DNA of 64,000 bases from Octopus sinensis. Lineage: Eukaryota. The stretch is taken from contig NC_043001.1 in the NCBI RefSeq assembly GCF_006345805.1, forward strand, positions 71,858,001 through 71,922,000, given 5' to 3'. Both the position numbers and the translations under genes were made by a program. Numbering within the stretch: position 1 is the stretch's first letter; each line of letters opens with the position of its first letter. The notes beneath the pieces were generated by a model that saw only the letters and a list, made by a program, of their open reading frames with translations, was not told where the DNA came from and did not search any database. This document shows positions 1 to 12,223 of this stretch, one piece after another.

Positions 1-79
1 ATTTTGCTTTTAAAATGGCGAATTCTAACCGTAGTCTTGTGAAGCTCATTATTCTCTCAAAAATGTCTCCTAACTGCCG

Positions 80-245
80 CAGGCATGGATGTGTGGTTAA
101 GCAGCTCGCTTTACAACCACATAGTTTTGGGTTCAGTTCCATTGCGCGCCACCTTGAGCAAGTGTCTTTTGTTGTATCCTCGGGCCGACTAATGCCTTGT
201 GAGTGAATTTTGTTGACGGAAACTATGTGGAAGCCTGCCATAGAT

Positions 246-322
<77 letters not shown>

Positions 323-527
323 CATGTACACGCACACATGCATATGTCATTGTTTTTCGCCCACCACTATCGCCGCTTGACACCTGTAACTTAGCGGTTC
401 GGCAAAAGAAACCGATGAGATAAGTACCAAACTTAAAATAATATGTACTGGGGTCAATTTGTTCGACCAAACCCTTCAAGGCGGTGTCCCACCATGGCCG
501 CAGTCCAATGACTGAAAAAAGTAAAAT
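80..527 (+). mobile_element. tRNA-derived SINE (family A) with internal (CA)n/(TA)n tract
   Basis: A-box-like TGGATGTGTGG and B-box-like GGTTCAGTTCC head. The body GCGGTTCGGCAAAAGAAACCGAT...CTTCAAGGCGGTG...CATGGCCGCAGTCCAATGACTGAAA recurs many times in the window (e.g. 37075-37467, 42225-42595, 58225-58703). Confidence 0.85.
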
Positions 528-848
528 ATCAAAAATTCGCGAGAACGTTTACGGACCAAATGAAGCATGTGGAAATTTTTCCATCGCCGTAAATGATGAT
601 TGTACATCTAAAGTTGGCCTCCACGTTGTTGAACGTTTATTAGAATTTGAATCCAGTCAGAAAAATGGTTCTTAATAAAGAAGTAGCAGTTTTTAGCAAG
701 TTGTTGTCTATAGTATTCTGTTTATATTGCCTTCCTTAGATTTTAGGATAGCTATCTGCTGTACCCTGCACCCTTACTGGGGCAGCTATGTTGCCCCTGA
801 GAGCCTACTTTGATTATATGAAGTCAGTAGTTGAATATTGTGCGTGTA

Positions 849-861
849 TATTATATATGTA

Positions 862-926
<65 letters not shown>

Positions 927-955
927 ATATATAATATATATATAATATATATATA
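849..955. repeat. (TA)n microsatellite; one of more than 20 long TA tracts in the window
   Basis: Direct inspection. Confidence 0.95.
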
Positions 956-974
956 GGATGGGAAGGACAACGAG

Positions 975-1140
975 GGAGAAAATTGATCGCACGTCGGATA
1001 AAATGCTTAGCGGCATTTCTTCTGCTTTTTATGGTTTAAGTCCAAACTTCACCGAAGCTAACTTTGGCTTTCATCCCTTCATCATTGATATAATAAAACT
1101 ACCAGTCAAGTTCTTGGATCGATGTAATCGACTTGCCCCC
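975..1140 (+). mobile_element. SINE family B, diverged copy
   Basis: AAATGCTTAGCGGCATTTC...CTTTCATCCC...ACCAGT...TCGATGTAATCGACT core is shared with about 20 copies in the window (e.g. 15719-15950, 24425-24975, 34753-34969). Confidence 0.8.
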
Positions 1141-2264
1141 CACATACACACACACACAGACACCTCAGTATTGCTTGCCTTGAACCGGTATCCTGTTCAG
1201 AGTGGAAGGTTGTGATCTCGGTCGCTTATAGGCCATGGAAACCGGGTAACAGGCTTTATGGTTCCTTGGGCTCAAGAAAAATAAACAAAAAATATAGAAT
1301 GGGTTCTGAATGTCTCATGTATATTAAAGATTAGCTTCACCACATCATCGAATACGTATGGTTTAGACAAGTTTACTTTAACTGTTAACCACTGTTGAAA
1401 TACGGTGAATATTGCTGTTTCGTTTACTGAGACTATAATTCCAAGCTTATAATCAAAAATGTTCGGGAAGTTCAAACAATCTCGACATTTATTCGAACTT
1501 CATATCTAATAGTACATAATCCAATGTGTTTTTCTTTTAACTTTTCGGGCGGTAGAGTATGATCTTGAGATGAAATTGGCTGGGGTTTTTTTCCAGTACA
1601 TGAAGAATCGCTTTTGAGTCGTTATAAACTTATTATTTCTGTTTGAGATTTGGTTACTATTCCTACCAAATCGTGTGACCACATGGCTGTCATTATTTCT
1701 GAATGGTTCCATATTGTTACTCTCCAATATCATTGTATGTTATTAAGATGAATAGACCTTCTCGTAAACGCCGACATTGACGAAATTACTGATTGGTGAT
1801 ATCGTCTGCGTTCTCATACATATATTATCAGAGCAGATGACCTCTTCTGGAGTGTAGTTAAAAAAATTTACTTCTCTTATATATGTCCACTTGTCAAGAT
1901 AATTTGGTATATAACTATAAATCTAATTAAAAACTGAATATGAGCTATGGGCTCCTGAATAAGGGCATTTACTACCCTTGATTTAGAAATCAAGGTTTTA
2001 GGCTCAAATCCAGAAATATGCCACCTAATGATGATGAACAGAAATCAAACCCATTTAAGCGTGTAAATACATATAGTTGTAAATATTGAAATAATGCTTC
2101 GTATTTTAAAATTGGGGTTAATCTTCCAACCAAATTGAAATCTTTTTAATTATAACGCTGCATAGAGCGGCCTTGTTACGATTCAACAAACTGTGCCGGT
2201 TAAGTGATGGTGTTGACAGGAACAGAGGTGCCTGTTATGGTGATGACGTTCTTGCTATTTTTGA

Positions 2265-2277
2265 TGGTGGTGGTGGT

Positions 2278-2310
<33 letters not shown>

Positions 2311-2880
2311 GGCGGCGGTGACGGCGGTGACGGCGGCGGGACGGCGGCGGTGACGGCGGCGGGTGACGGCGGCGGTGACGGCGGCGGTGACGGCGGCGGT
2401 GACGGCGGCGGCGGCGGCGACAGCGGCGGCGACGGCGGCGGTGACGGCGGCGGCGACGGCGGCGGCGACGGGCGGCGGTGACGGCGGCGGTGACGGCGGC
2501 GGGTGACGGCGGCGGGACGGCGGCGGTGACGGCGGTGACGGTGACGGCGGTGACGGTGACGGCGGCGGTGACGGCGGCGGTGACGGCGGCGGTGACGGCG
2601 GCGGTGACGGCGGCGGTGACGGCGGCGGGTGACGGCGGCGGTGACGGTGACGGCGGCGGGACGGCGGCGGTGACGGCGGCGGTGACGGCGGTGACGGTGA
2701 CGGCGGCGGTGACGGCGGCGGTGACGGCGGCGGTGACGGCGGCGGTGACGGCGGCGGTGACGGCGGCGGTGACGGCGGAGGCGGCGGTGACGGCGGAGGC
2801 GGCGGAGGCGGCGGAGGCGGCGGAGGCGGCGGAGGCGGCGGCGGTGGTGGTAGCGGCGGTGGCGGCAGTGGTGGTGAAGA
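2265..2880. repeat. GC-rich minisatellite, dominant unit GGCGGCGGTGAC, grading from (GGT)n to (GGC)n to GGCGGAGGC
   Basis: Direct inspection. Its ORFs in all frames are repeat translations with internal phase shifts. Confidence 0.95.
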
Positions 2881-3412
2881 ACAAAATGGTAATGGCATTG
2901 TGTGTGGTAATGAAAAATGAATATATGAAGAAAAAGCAAAATAAGGTAGTAGTAGTAGTAGTCCTTTCATTCATTCAGTCTCTCTTTCTGTGTGTGTGTG
3001 TGTGTGTGTGCGCGCGAGCGTTTGTGAGTGTATGTGTGTGTGTGTATGTGTGTGCATGTGCGTGTGCGTTTGTATGTGTCTGTGAGTGGGGGGGGGTTAC
3101 GTGTGAAAGAAATCCCTGTGTGTTTCGCCAGTTGATTTCATGCTTGATTGAACCAAGTCAGGTGGAAGTGTTGTGACTTGATAAGACAAGGTCTACTGAC
3201 TGTGAAGTAGCGCAGGGTTGTACAAGTATAAGGATGTATGGGTGAGAGCTATTATGTGAGAGTTTAGGGTGTAGTGGTGTATGGATGCATCGGTACAATG
3301 GTGTGGGGTACGTAGAAGTGTAAGCGGTGCAATCTAATTAATGAAATTATAATTAAATCGATGTTTGCAAAGTCAAAGATAAGGAGAATATGGCATTATG
3401 TGCTACTAAATC

Positions 3413-3665
3413 TGTGGTGGTTGTGGTGGTGGTGGTGGTGGTGGTGGTGGTGGTGGTGGTGATGGTGGTGGCGGCGGCGGTGGCAGCGGCGGTGGCAGCG
3501 GCGGCGGTGGCAGCGGCGGCGGCGGTGGCAGCGGCGGCGGCGGTGGCAGCGGCGGCGGCGGTGGCAGCGGCGGCGGCGGTGGCAGCGGCGGCCGGTGGCA
3601 GCGGCGGCGGCGGTGGCAGCGGCGGCGGCGGTGGCAGCGGCGGCGCGGTGGCAGCGGCGGTTTTT
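3413..3665. repeat. (GGT)n followed by a GGCGGCGGCGGTGGCAGC-type minisatellite
   Basis: Direct inspection. Confidence 0.95.
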
Positions 3666-4899
3666 GGTAGTGGTGATAATGGAGCGGTGAATGTGATGGC
3701 GGCAGTAGCATCAGCATCGGCATAGAAGAGCATCGGAGGTGATGGGGTCTCGGCGGCATAGGACATCGATGTTCCCTAATCTAGATACAAGACCAGCAGG
3801 TTTGATCGGAAAGGTCAGTCGATACTATCAACCCCTATACATGACTGGTATTTTATCACATAGACCCCGAAAGGATGTAAAGTTGACTTCGGTGATATTT
3901 GAACTCAAGACGTAAAGAATCGGAAGAAATACTGCGAAGTATTTTCACTGATGTTTTAACGATCCTGCCATTTCCCTACTCCTTACATAATCCATTCTAC
4001 TTATATTCTTTTACTTGATTCTGTAGTTGGACTCTAGCCATAGTGGGGCACCGCTTTGAAGTACTTGGGCGAATATATTGACTGTTCATAAGAGTTGGTC
4101 GATAATGAGGAACCACTTCAATACGCTATCAATTTCACCTCTAAGAGAGTTGAATGACAAAAACAAAATATAATATCGGATTAATTTCTCACCGTTGACA
4201 GAACATCGTAAATTATACTTTCAGTTTATTGTTCCGATTCTCTTGGTCTGGATTAAAATTCCAACGAGGTCAACTTTAAATTTCTTTCACCAATTAACTT
4301 AGCCTGAAATTTTAGAGGCGAGGGCTAGTCAATTACGTCGCCCCCAGTGCTCAAATGGTACTTATTTCATCGACCCTGAATAATAATTCTTTCTAATTTA
4401 TTAGTGAGGGCAGAGCCTGCAATTTTTATGGGAGGTAATTAATTGATGCAATCAATTGTTGAACTTTGTTTGGTTGTCCGATTTATATTTTTAGTTTAAT
4501 TCCCACCAAGGTCAACCTTGCTTTTTATACTTTTAAAATCGGTTGGTTAAATCAACAACCAAACAAAATACAGCGCGATAATGATTTTGCAACTCGAATA
4601 GTAATAATGGTAACGATGATGATGATTCTTTCAAGTTTTGGCACAAGGGTAGCAATTTTGAGGGGATGGGTAAGTCGATCACATCGACCATTGTACTTAA
4701 TTGGGACTTTATTTTATCGATCCTAGAGGAATGAAAAACCAAATTAACTTCGGTGGAATGTGAACTCAGACCGTAAAGAGCCGGAAGAAATAACGTTAAG
4801 CATCATGTCTAGATTTCAAGATTACACACAATTTTCGCAAATTTCCTCATTTTTCAGAAAAATACATTGTTTACCTGTAAAATTTAATAAAAAGCATCG

Positions 4900-6395
4900 C
4901 GAACTTGATAACTGGGAAATATCAACCGAGCCCGAGGAAGTCACAGATAATCCGGATTACTTCGGCACAAACTCATCAGATCCACAGCTATTTGATCAAA
5001 TTGAAGTCAGTGGTTTGTTATCGGACTTACACTATCAAAAGAATCTGCAGAAGTTCTTGCGGCTCGATTAAAGGAAGAAAGCCTCCTCAAAAAGGGAATC
5101 AAAATCACCTTCTACCGCACTAAGGATACTGAATTTCTTCCGTTCTTCACAGAAAATGATTAGCTAGTGCATTGCATAAACACCGAGAGACTACTTCAGA
5201 GGAGGTAATTAGCGGAAAATGATGCAAGTGATGCACACCTTTATATTGATAGCTCGAAAAATAGTTTGAAATGTGTTCTGCTTCATAAGAGAAAATATTG
5301 GCCTCTGTTCCAGTTGTACTCTCTACAAACCCAGCAGAGAAATATGAACTTGTGAAAACAGTGCTAGAGAAATTTAAGTACCACAATCATCAGTAGATGA
5401 TATGCGTGGACTTTAAGATGGTCAATTTTATCCTGAGGCAACAAAGTGGATACATCGAATATCCATGCATTTTTATGTATGAGAGAGCCAGGAGAAAACA
5501 TTGGGGGATCAAAGGATGGCCACAAAGAATATCAGTTCCAGGGTTATTTAATGTAGTTGAAGAGCCTTTAGTTCAACTGGCTAAAATCATCCAACCTCCT
5601 GTCCCTATCTAACTTGGCATAGATAAACGATTCTTTCACTATATCTATTTCCCAGTTTGAGCAGTGAAAACATAAAAGCTGGAGTATTTGACGGGCCTCA
5701 AATCAGAAAATTTATGAAAGATGGAAACTTTGTAAATTCAATTAAATAAATTGAAACAGATGCATAGAATTCATTTGTAAAAGTTGTATATGACTTTCTT
5801 GGCAACAAGAAAGCAACTATGAAGAAAAAGTTGAAAACATACTGGAGAACTTTTAAAAGTTGGGAGCAAATATGAGAATAAAGTGATCACGTGATATCTA
5901 CAGTTACTTTGCTATATTCCCTGAAAATCCTGGTAATACAAGTAATGAGCAGCGATGTTTCCATCAAGACATGAAATCAATGAAACAGAGTATCAAGGCA
6001 AAATAGAACTTGCATATGATGGCAAACTATTGCTGGTACTTGTCTCGTGATCTTCCTGAAGTTCGGCACTCAAGACAATCATCCAAACGCAAACTCATGG
6101 GAAATTAAACATAAACAATTATATAATTTGTCTCTAGAAATTTTAAGATTTGTAACTAGTCTTTCAATAGAATGTCTTTAGAAAACATTCTGATTTTGAA
6201 GAAAAAACAATTTTTAATGTTTGTTTGTATGTTATACCTCGTTCCTCATAAACAGTTTTATCGAAAAAAAAACAATGGAATTCTATGGATCCGGTGATTA
6301 TAATACATGGGTGTCATTTTCGGATTCTGTGTTTAAAAAAGCCTCTAGTTCAGGTCCAAGTCTTTTGACAATAAAGAAAATTTTATTGATGGCCT
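4900..6395 (+). mobile_element. Decayed DNA transposase, Chapaev3/CMC-like with Transib/RAG1-type motif order; 5' end missing
   Basis: Frameshifted translation reads PQLFDQIE...LSKESAEVLAARLKEESLL...ITFYRTKD...YIDSSKNSLKCVLLH...ICVDFKMVNFILRQQSGYIEYPC...EPLV...KAGVFDGPQIRKFMKD...FLGNKKA...FHQDMK. Many stops and frameshifts. The family name is from remembered motifs. Confidence 0.7.
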
Positions 6396-6402
6396 GAGCT
6401 AT

Positions 6403-7030
6403 AGCTACTCATGAACAAGCCATTAAGACGAATATGGTAAAGGCAAAGATCGTCAAAACTCAATCATATGGCAAATATAGAATCTGCAGGAAAAGAGATG
6501 TAAGTATCATTCCTCTCTTGAGTGAGCGCAGCAAGCTAGCACAAAAAGAGTATAAGAGTTGGCATAACTGTGTAGGTACGAGTGCATTGGGCTGTTAGCC
6601 AACCGTGTGGCTTCGAAATAACAGTGAAGTGACATGAACACAACCAGAGGCTGTAGCAGAGAATGAGTATAACAGGGTTTTATGGACTGCCACATAAAGA
6701 CTATTTAAGCAAGACCAGGTATGATTACAAAGACAAAATAAACAGTGTAATATTATAGACTTTGAAAATCGCTGTGATAGCAGATTCGATACCAAAGAAC
6801 TTGAAAAATTAAGAAACACCAGGATCTAACCAGAAAGCTAAAGACACTGTGGAAGACTAAGACAACAACTCTTCCTGTAGTAATTGGTGTACTTGGCACA
6901 ACACTCAAGAATTGGAATTGAAACTCGCATTGTCGACTGCAGAAAAGAACCAGCCTGTATTCTGCAAGAATCCTACGAATGATTCTTGAGATTTGGTGGG
7001 AGAATTGTTGTCACCAAACCTTAAGACAAT
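6403..7030 (+). mobile_element. R4/Dong-like non-LTR retrotransposon 3' end (decayed CCHC knuckle and restriction-like endonuclease)
   Basis: Reads across frameshifts as EQAIKTNMVKAKI...CRICRKRD...LAQKEYK...EAVAENE...VLWDCHIKT...RPDMI...IIDF...KELEK...YQDL...LKTLWKTKTTT.PVVIG.LGT...RIL.MILEI. A (GAT)n tract follows shortly after. Confidence 0.8.
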
Positions 7031-7062
7031 ATTCCTGTTAATTGAATTAGCATGTACTATCT

Positions 7063-7103
<41 letters not shown>

Positions 7104-7104
<1 letters not shown>

Positions 7105-7645
7105 CTTTTATTTGCCACGGGGATATCGAATGAGGAGTGCATTACATAAAAGATGAGGAGAGAGAAAGAGAGGGGGTAAAATTACATAAATGTATACATA
7201 ATATACAAAGTATGAGTCCACATGAATGATACAGTCCTCCTATTGCAGGAGAACCTTGGGCTGTTGCTAATCAGACAACCCCACAGTTCCAGAATTAGCC
7301 TGGAGCCCTTGCCCACTGTTTTTTTCCAATCCTCAAACGCATGCTTAGAGTATGTCCATTCACCCTAACCATTTCTAGCAATAGGAGAGAGTACTTCCCT
7401 CACCACTCACACTTTTCTTTCTAAATTGAACTTTAAAAAGCCTCAGCGAAGGGGAAAGTGTCTTTCCTCAATCCTTTCAGCTTCGTCCAGCGTACAACCT
7501 CTTTCGCCACAGCCTCGACAAAGAAATACCACCTGCCCTGCCTTGTTAAAGGTAAGTGGTTGCGGGGGTGATCCTCACAATGGACTCGGCCGATACAACA
7601 CAACAGTTTTTAAACACGCGGCATGCCTCGGTGGCGAGTTTTTGT
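7104..7645 (-). mobile_element. Tx1/L1-like LINE 3' remnant, diverged
   Basis: Minus strand resembles the end of the 60312-61625 element (AVAKEVVRWTKLKGLRKDTF...FKVQFRKKSVSG) and ends in CCCCGTGGCAAATAAAGAA. Confidence 0.65.
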
Positions 7646-7677
7646 AGATAATCATTTCTAGATAATTCTTGGCGAAT

Positions 7678-7745
7678 AATGATATTGATGATATTGAGGA
7701 TTGTGATGATGATGTTCGAGGTGGCCGTGTTGTTGTTATTGTTGC

Positions 7746-7794
<49 letters not shown>

Positions 7795-7890
7795 GGTGGT
7801 GGTGGTGGTGGTGGTGGTGGTGGTGGTGGTGGTGGTGGTAGTGGTGGTTGTGACAGTTATGGTGGTGGTAGGGGTGTTTGTGATGATAAT
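7678..7890. repeat. Compound (GAT)n/(GTT)n/(GGT)n trinucleotide repeat
   Basis: Direct inspection. Confidence 0.9.
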
Positions 7891-8319
7891 TTCAAAAGAA
7901 AATGGCTACAAAACACCCACTTTTACAAAGTAGTTATTTACACGAGACAGAAGCTATAATTTATTTGTGAATGTCATATTAGCGTGTAACTGGTGTGTAT
8001 ATATATATGAAAGCTCAGTAATTTGCTATTTTGTCGTTCTTATTAACAAACCGCCATTTTCAAGTATAATATTGCCGGTTTTTGTTTTTGATTTTTTTTT
8101 TTCGAACCTTTTCTTGCTTTTGTTTTGAGTTGTTTGGAATGTTTTATGAATATTTTCTTTTTTTTTTTGCCTTTTCTTCATTGTTAAATTTTAGATCAGA
8201 TAATTTTCTTTTAAATTACTCTCAGGAGGTGTGCATATTTTACATACAAACACACGCACTCACACACATATGTATTATATATATATATATGGATATATGT
8301 GCGTGTGTGTGTACACAGA

Positions 8320-8333
8320 CAGATAGATAACTT

Positions 8334-8406
<73 letters not shown>

Positions 8407-8415
8407 GTAGGTAGG

Positions 8416-8503
<88 letters not shown>

Positions 8504-8568
8504 CACACAGACAAATAAATAGACAGACACACAGACAGACAAATAGACAGACAGACAGACAGACAGAC

Positions 8569-8639
<71 letters not shown>

Positions 8640-8676
8640 TAGATAGATAGATAGATAGATATAGATAGATAGATAG

Positions 8677-8732
<56 letters not shown>
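8320..8732. repeat. (GATA)n/(GACA)n compound microsatellite
   Basis: Direct inspection. Confidence 0.95.
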
Positions 8733-8733
<1 letters not shown>

Positions 8734-8979
8734 TACTTGTGTGTGTGTTATTCGTGTTATTTGTTCCGACTCTTAGTGTTCTGAGTTCAATCCCGACATG
8801 GTCGACTTATGTGGTAGATTTCATACGTCGCCTAACTTAACAGACCACACCACCCGGCATCTTGTATATATTTTACCCGGAGCTTTCTATATATCAAGCA
8901 TTTGAGCCATGTTTCAAGTTTGGAAGCAACGAATCATAGGCACTGCCTTCTCTTTCGACTAAAAGATAAAATAGTGGGG

Positions 8980-9230
8980 GGGCTGCATGACTTTGCTGTT
9001 AGGGTGCTGTACTCAGGATCGCAAGATCATGGCTTCAATTCCCGGATCGGGCGGTGCATCGTGTTCTTGCACAAAACACTACATCTCATGTTGCTCTGCA
9101 ATCACTTCGACAGTTGGCATATGGTACACCATGCACCTGTTCAAGCAACGTCAATTTGATGGAGGGAGTGAACTAATGTACAGTACATACATTTAATCAC
9201 TATAAACAAATCGTTTGTGCAGGTTATTCA
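8980..9230 (+). mobile_element. tRNA-derived SINE (family C), diverged
   Basis: Head GTTAGGGTGCTGTACTCAGGATCGCAAGATCATGGCTTCAATTCCCGG...GTGTTCTTGCACAAAACACT matches the heads at 15343, 17690-17927 (minus) and 62940. Confidence 0.7.
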
Positions 9231-9269
9231 AAAAGAAAATACAGAGCTATTAGAGATTACCATATATTT

Positions 9270-9310
9270 CGATGTTTCTGACGAAGAGCTCCGCTCGAAA
9301 CGTTAAATCC
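9270..9310 (+). ncRNA. Minimal hammerhead ribozyme motif in a Penelope-like fragment (about 9245-9407)
   Basis: CTGACGA(9278-9284)-A-GAGC/TCC/GCTC stem II-GAAA-CGT. Palindromic ACGT stem III, GTTT/AAAT stem I, N17=U. Confidence 0.7.
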
Positions 9311-9402
9311 TCCTTCTTTCTTTCCTTTCCTGAGCATCCAGTAACACTATACTTGTTACGCGTCCTCGCGTTGTTGTGTTTTCTCTTTGTTCATGTTTGG
9401 AT

Positions 9403-9439
<37 letters not shown>

Positions 9440-9445
<6 letters not shown>

Positions 9446-9640
9446 CTTTTATTTCTTTTACTTGTTACTGGAGCACCGCCTTTAGTCGAACAAATCGACT
9501 CCAGAATTTATTCTTTGTAAGGCTAGTACTTATTTTATCGACTCATTTGCTGAACCGCTACGTTACGGGGATATAAACACGCCAACATCGGTTTACAAGC
9601 GATGGTGGGGGACAAAAACAAACATACAAATACAAGCATA
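9440..9640 (-). mobile_element. SINE family A, 3' half
   Basis: Reverse complement of the family A body (GGAGCACCGCCTTTAGTCGAACAAATCGAC...GAACCGCTA.GTTACGGGG). Confidence 0.8.
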
Positions 9641-9678
9641 TATATGTGTATATACATATATATGTTTGTGTGTGTATA

Positions 9679-9717
<39 letters not shown>

Positions 9718-9799
9718 TATATATGTATATGTGTATATATATATATATGTGTGTGTGTGTGCGTGTAGTCGGTCCATTATCGATTTTTATTAAAATTCA

Positions 9800-9920
9800 A
9801 TTAGCCTATAATTGAACTGGATGTTAGTTCAACATGTATACAAAGTTTGGTGAGGATTGGTTCCCTTTTTGGGCACAAGACAGACGGACTGACAGTAAGA
9901 AATTGCCGTTTATATATACA
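9800..9920 (-). mobile_element. Helitron-like non-autonomous 5' fragment
   Basis: Minus strand begins TATATATAAACGGCAA...TGTCAGTCCGTCTGTC...ATCCTCACCAAACTTTG, similar in layout to the Helitron 5' ends at 46-52 kb. Confidence 0.45.
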
Positions 9921-12062
9921 TACAAACACACACACACACATAAATGTTTGAACATATACACACATATATATACATGCATACATACCTGCCCACACATACA
10001 CATACACGCTTGCACACACAGACACACATACACACACGCGATTGCTATGAGGAGTTACTCGTTGTTCTACGACCTTAAGTATATTTTTTTATTGATATTT
10101 ATATGGAGAACAGGGAAATCTCGTCGTGTAATCTCACTTCTGCTAGCTTGGTCAATAACTAACACAGGATAATAAAGTGACAGACCATTAAAAAGTCATT
10201 CTGTACAACCAATTCCATTCTTGGAAGTTACAAAGAGGAGAACTCTCAGATATAAAAAAAATAAGGTGAAGATAACTATAAACATTTTAACATCTGTTTC
10301 ATAATGATCCGATGATTATCATGTTAGTCATGCGAAATTGGAAGCATACATGCATGTATAACTAGAGAATTGGAAGATAAATGGAAAGAACTTGCTAGTT
10401 TTATGTGCAAAATACGTAAAATTAATGCTTAAAACAGCGTCATAAAACAATAATCAAATAATCATTGTTCCGATTTCCAAAGCCTCATTTTTCAAATGGC
10501 ACGTTGGAATCTTAATCTTTTTTTCTTTTTTTTTTTTCATTATTAATCCTATTGTTATTTGAGTGTCGTGTGTTCACATGAATTTTAGTTAGAGGTAAAT
10601 GCTTCGAGAAAGTGATCTATTTTTCTTCTGCATATTTTTATAACGAGGTGTTTGATAAAATATAATTTGAAATTTCAAAAACTACATTTATAAAACTAGT
10701 ATGATAAAATAAATTTAAAAAGTGAACTTTAATTACATGGTTATTATCAAGTTCGCAGAGACACGGGCTTTCGGTGGAAGGAATGTAACCCTTATAGTTT
10801 AATGCTTTGTATCCAGCACTCAAACAATTGCACATTCTGTTTCTCGTTCAATATTATAGAATTTGTAACTGAAAAAATGTTTTAACTGAATAAGGTGATG
10901 AGAAAAGGCTGAGGAGCGATTTAGCAAGAATTTTATTAAGGACCTGAATGTTAACCGTACAACTAGAAAGAGTGGTTACTGATTTAGACACATGACTTGA
11001 ATTTTAAGGGAAAGAAGTAAGTCGATACTAACTCCGAGCGTATGAAAAGTAAAGTTAGCCTCAACGGGATTCGAACTCAGAGTGTAACAGCCTGAACAAA
11101 TACTGCAACAGCATTTTTGCCGACGCTCTAATGGTTCAGCAACAATTCATTCTCTAGCATAGTATTCATGGCAAGAATTGGATTTAAATCTACGTAAAAT
11201 GAAACATGAACACTGGAGTATTATCAGTACATCTCATTGATGTTTGGCCCATTTAATTTCTGTACCTCTCCGTTGTGATAGCCAGTGCTGCATTGTGATG
11301 TCTCACTCAGTACTTCCCTCGGCGCTGTTTACCGACTTTTTTGCCAACATATACCAAACTTCTACTATCAAACAAACCTACAATAAATCCTCAGACTTTG
11401 AACTTCTGAGAGTGAAGAAGTGAATTTTCTGGTAACACACAATATATTCTTTCACCATCTACTCCAAAATGTTCTTCCAGACTAAGGATAATCTCAAAGC
11501 TTCTTCCAAATCTTTTTACTAATTCTTTTTTTTTTCTGCTTAAATTATGTAAAATCTAAGCGAATCTACTCATAACACCTCAGAATCACATCACATGACA
11601 AGACATAATTCGTAATTCTTACAAACTCAAATGCGATTTAATACTTTTGTAAATGACTCCTGATCATACATCGTCCATTGATTAACTGGGGGCGGGTTTA
11701 GTCAATCGGGAAACTATTAGTAATGTTGCGTTGGTTCACGCATTGACTATACCGATATATTCTTGATCGTCACTCGCAATTGAGAATGACTTGGTTGCAA
11801 GTATCATGTTTTCGCTAATTGTACTTATGCTCATGTTGCCGTGTGCTAATACTATCGCTTCTCCGACACTTAACCCAGTAGAACATCCAAGATATAACTC
11901 CTGGAGTGAGAGAGTGTTCGTCAGTACTGAACTAGTATCTTATTTATCTGTTCAGAAAAGATGAAAGGCAAAGATTGTCTTAACGGGATTTAAACTCTGA
12001 CTGCAGAGAGCTAGAACACAAATTACAACCACATACATGCTTGTCTACAAGCTTGCTTGCAT

Positions 12063-12125
12063 GCATGCATACATACATACATACATACATACATACATAC
12101 ATACATACATACATACATACATACA

Positions 12126-12223
<98 letters not shown>
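12063..12223. repeat. (ATAC)n directly followed by (TTAC)n
   Basis: Direct inspection. Confidence 0.95.

Noticed and set aside
1500-1745. Hydrophobic plus-strand frame and basic minus-strand ORF as a possible receptor or PLE remnant
   Set aside because: No recognisable motif, an internal stop in the plus frame, and no convincing splice sites.
2200-2970. Extensin-like SPPP ORF with hydrophobic N-terminus (MKGLLLLL...)
   Set aside because: The LLLLL comes from a (CTA)n microsatellite. The repeat shifts phase within the ORF (SPPP to RRRH to AAVT), and most frames are open simply because the unit lacks stops.
11806-11964. 52-codon ORF with signal-peptide-like start (MFSLIVLMLMLPCANTIA)
   Set aside because: The 3' end runs into an antisense SINE fragment. 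There is no promoter, splice or homology support, and it is expected by chance in T-rich DNA.
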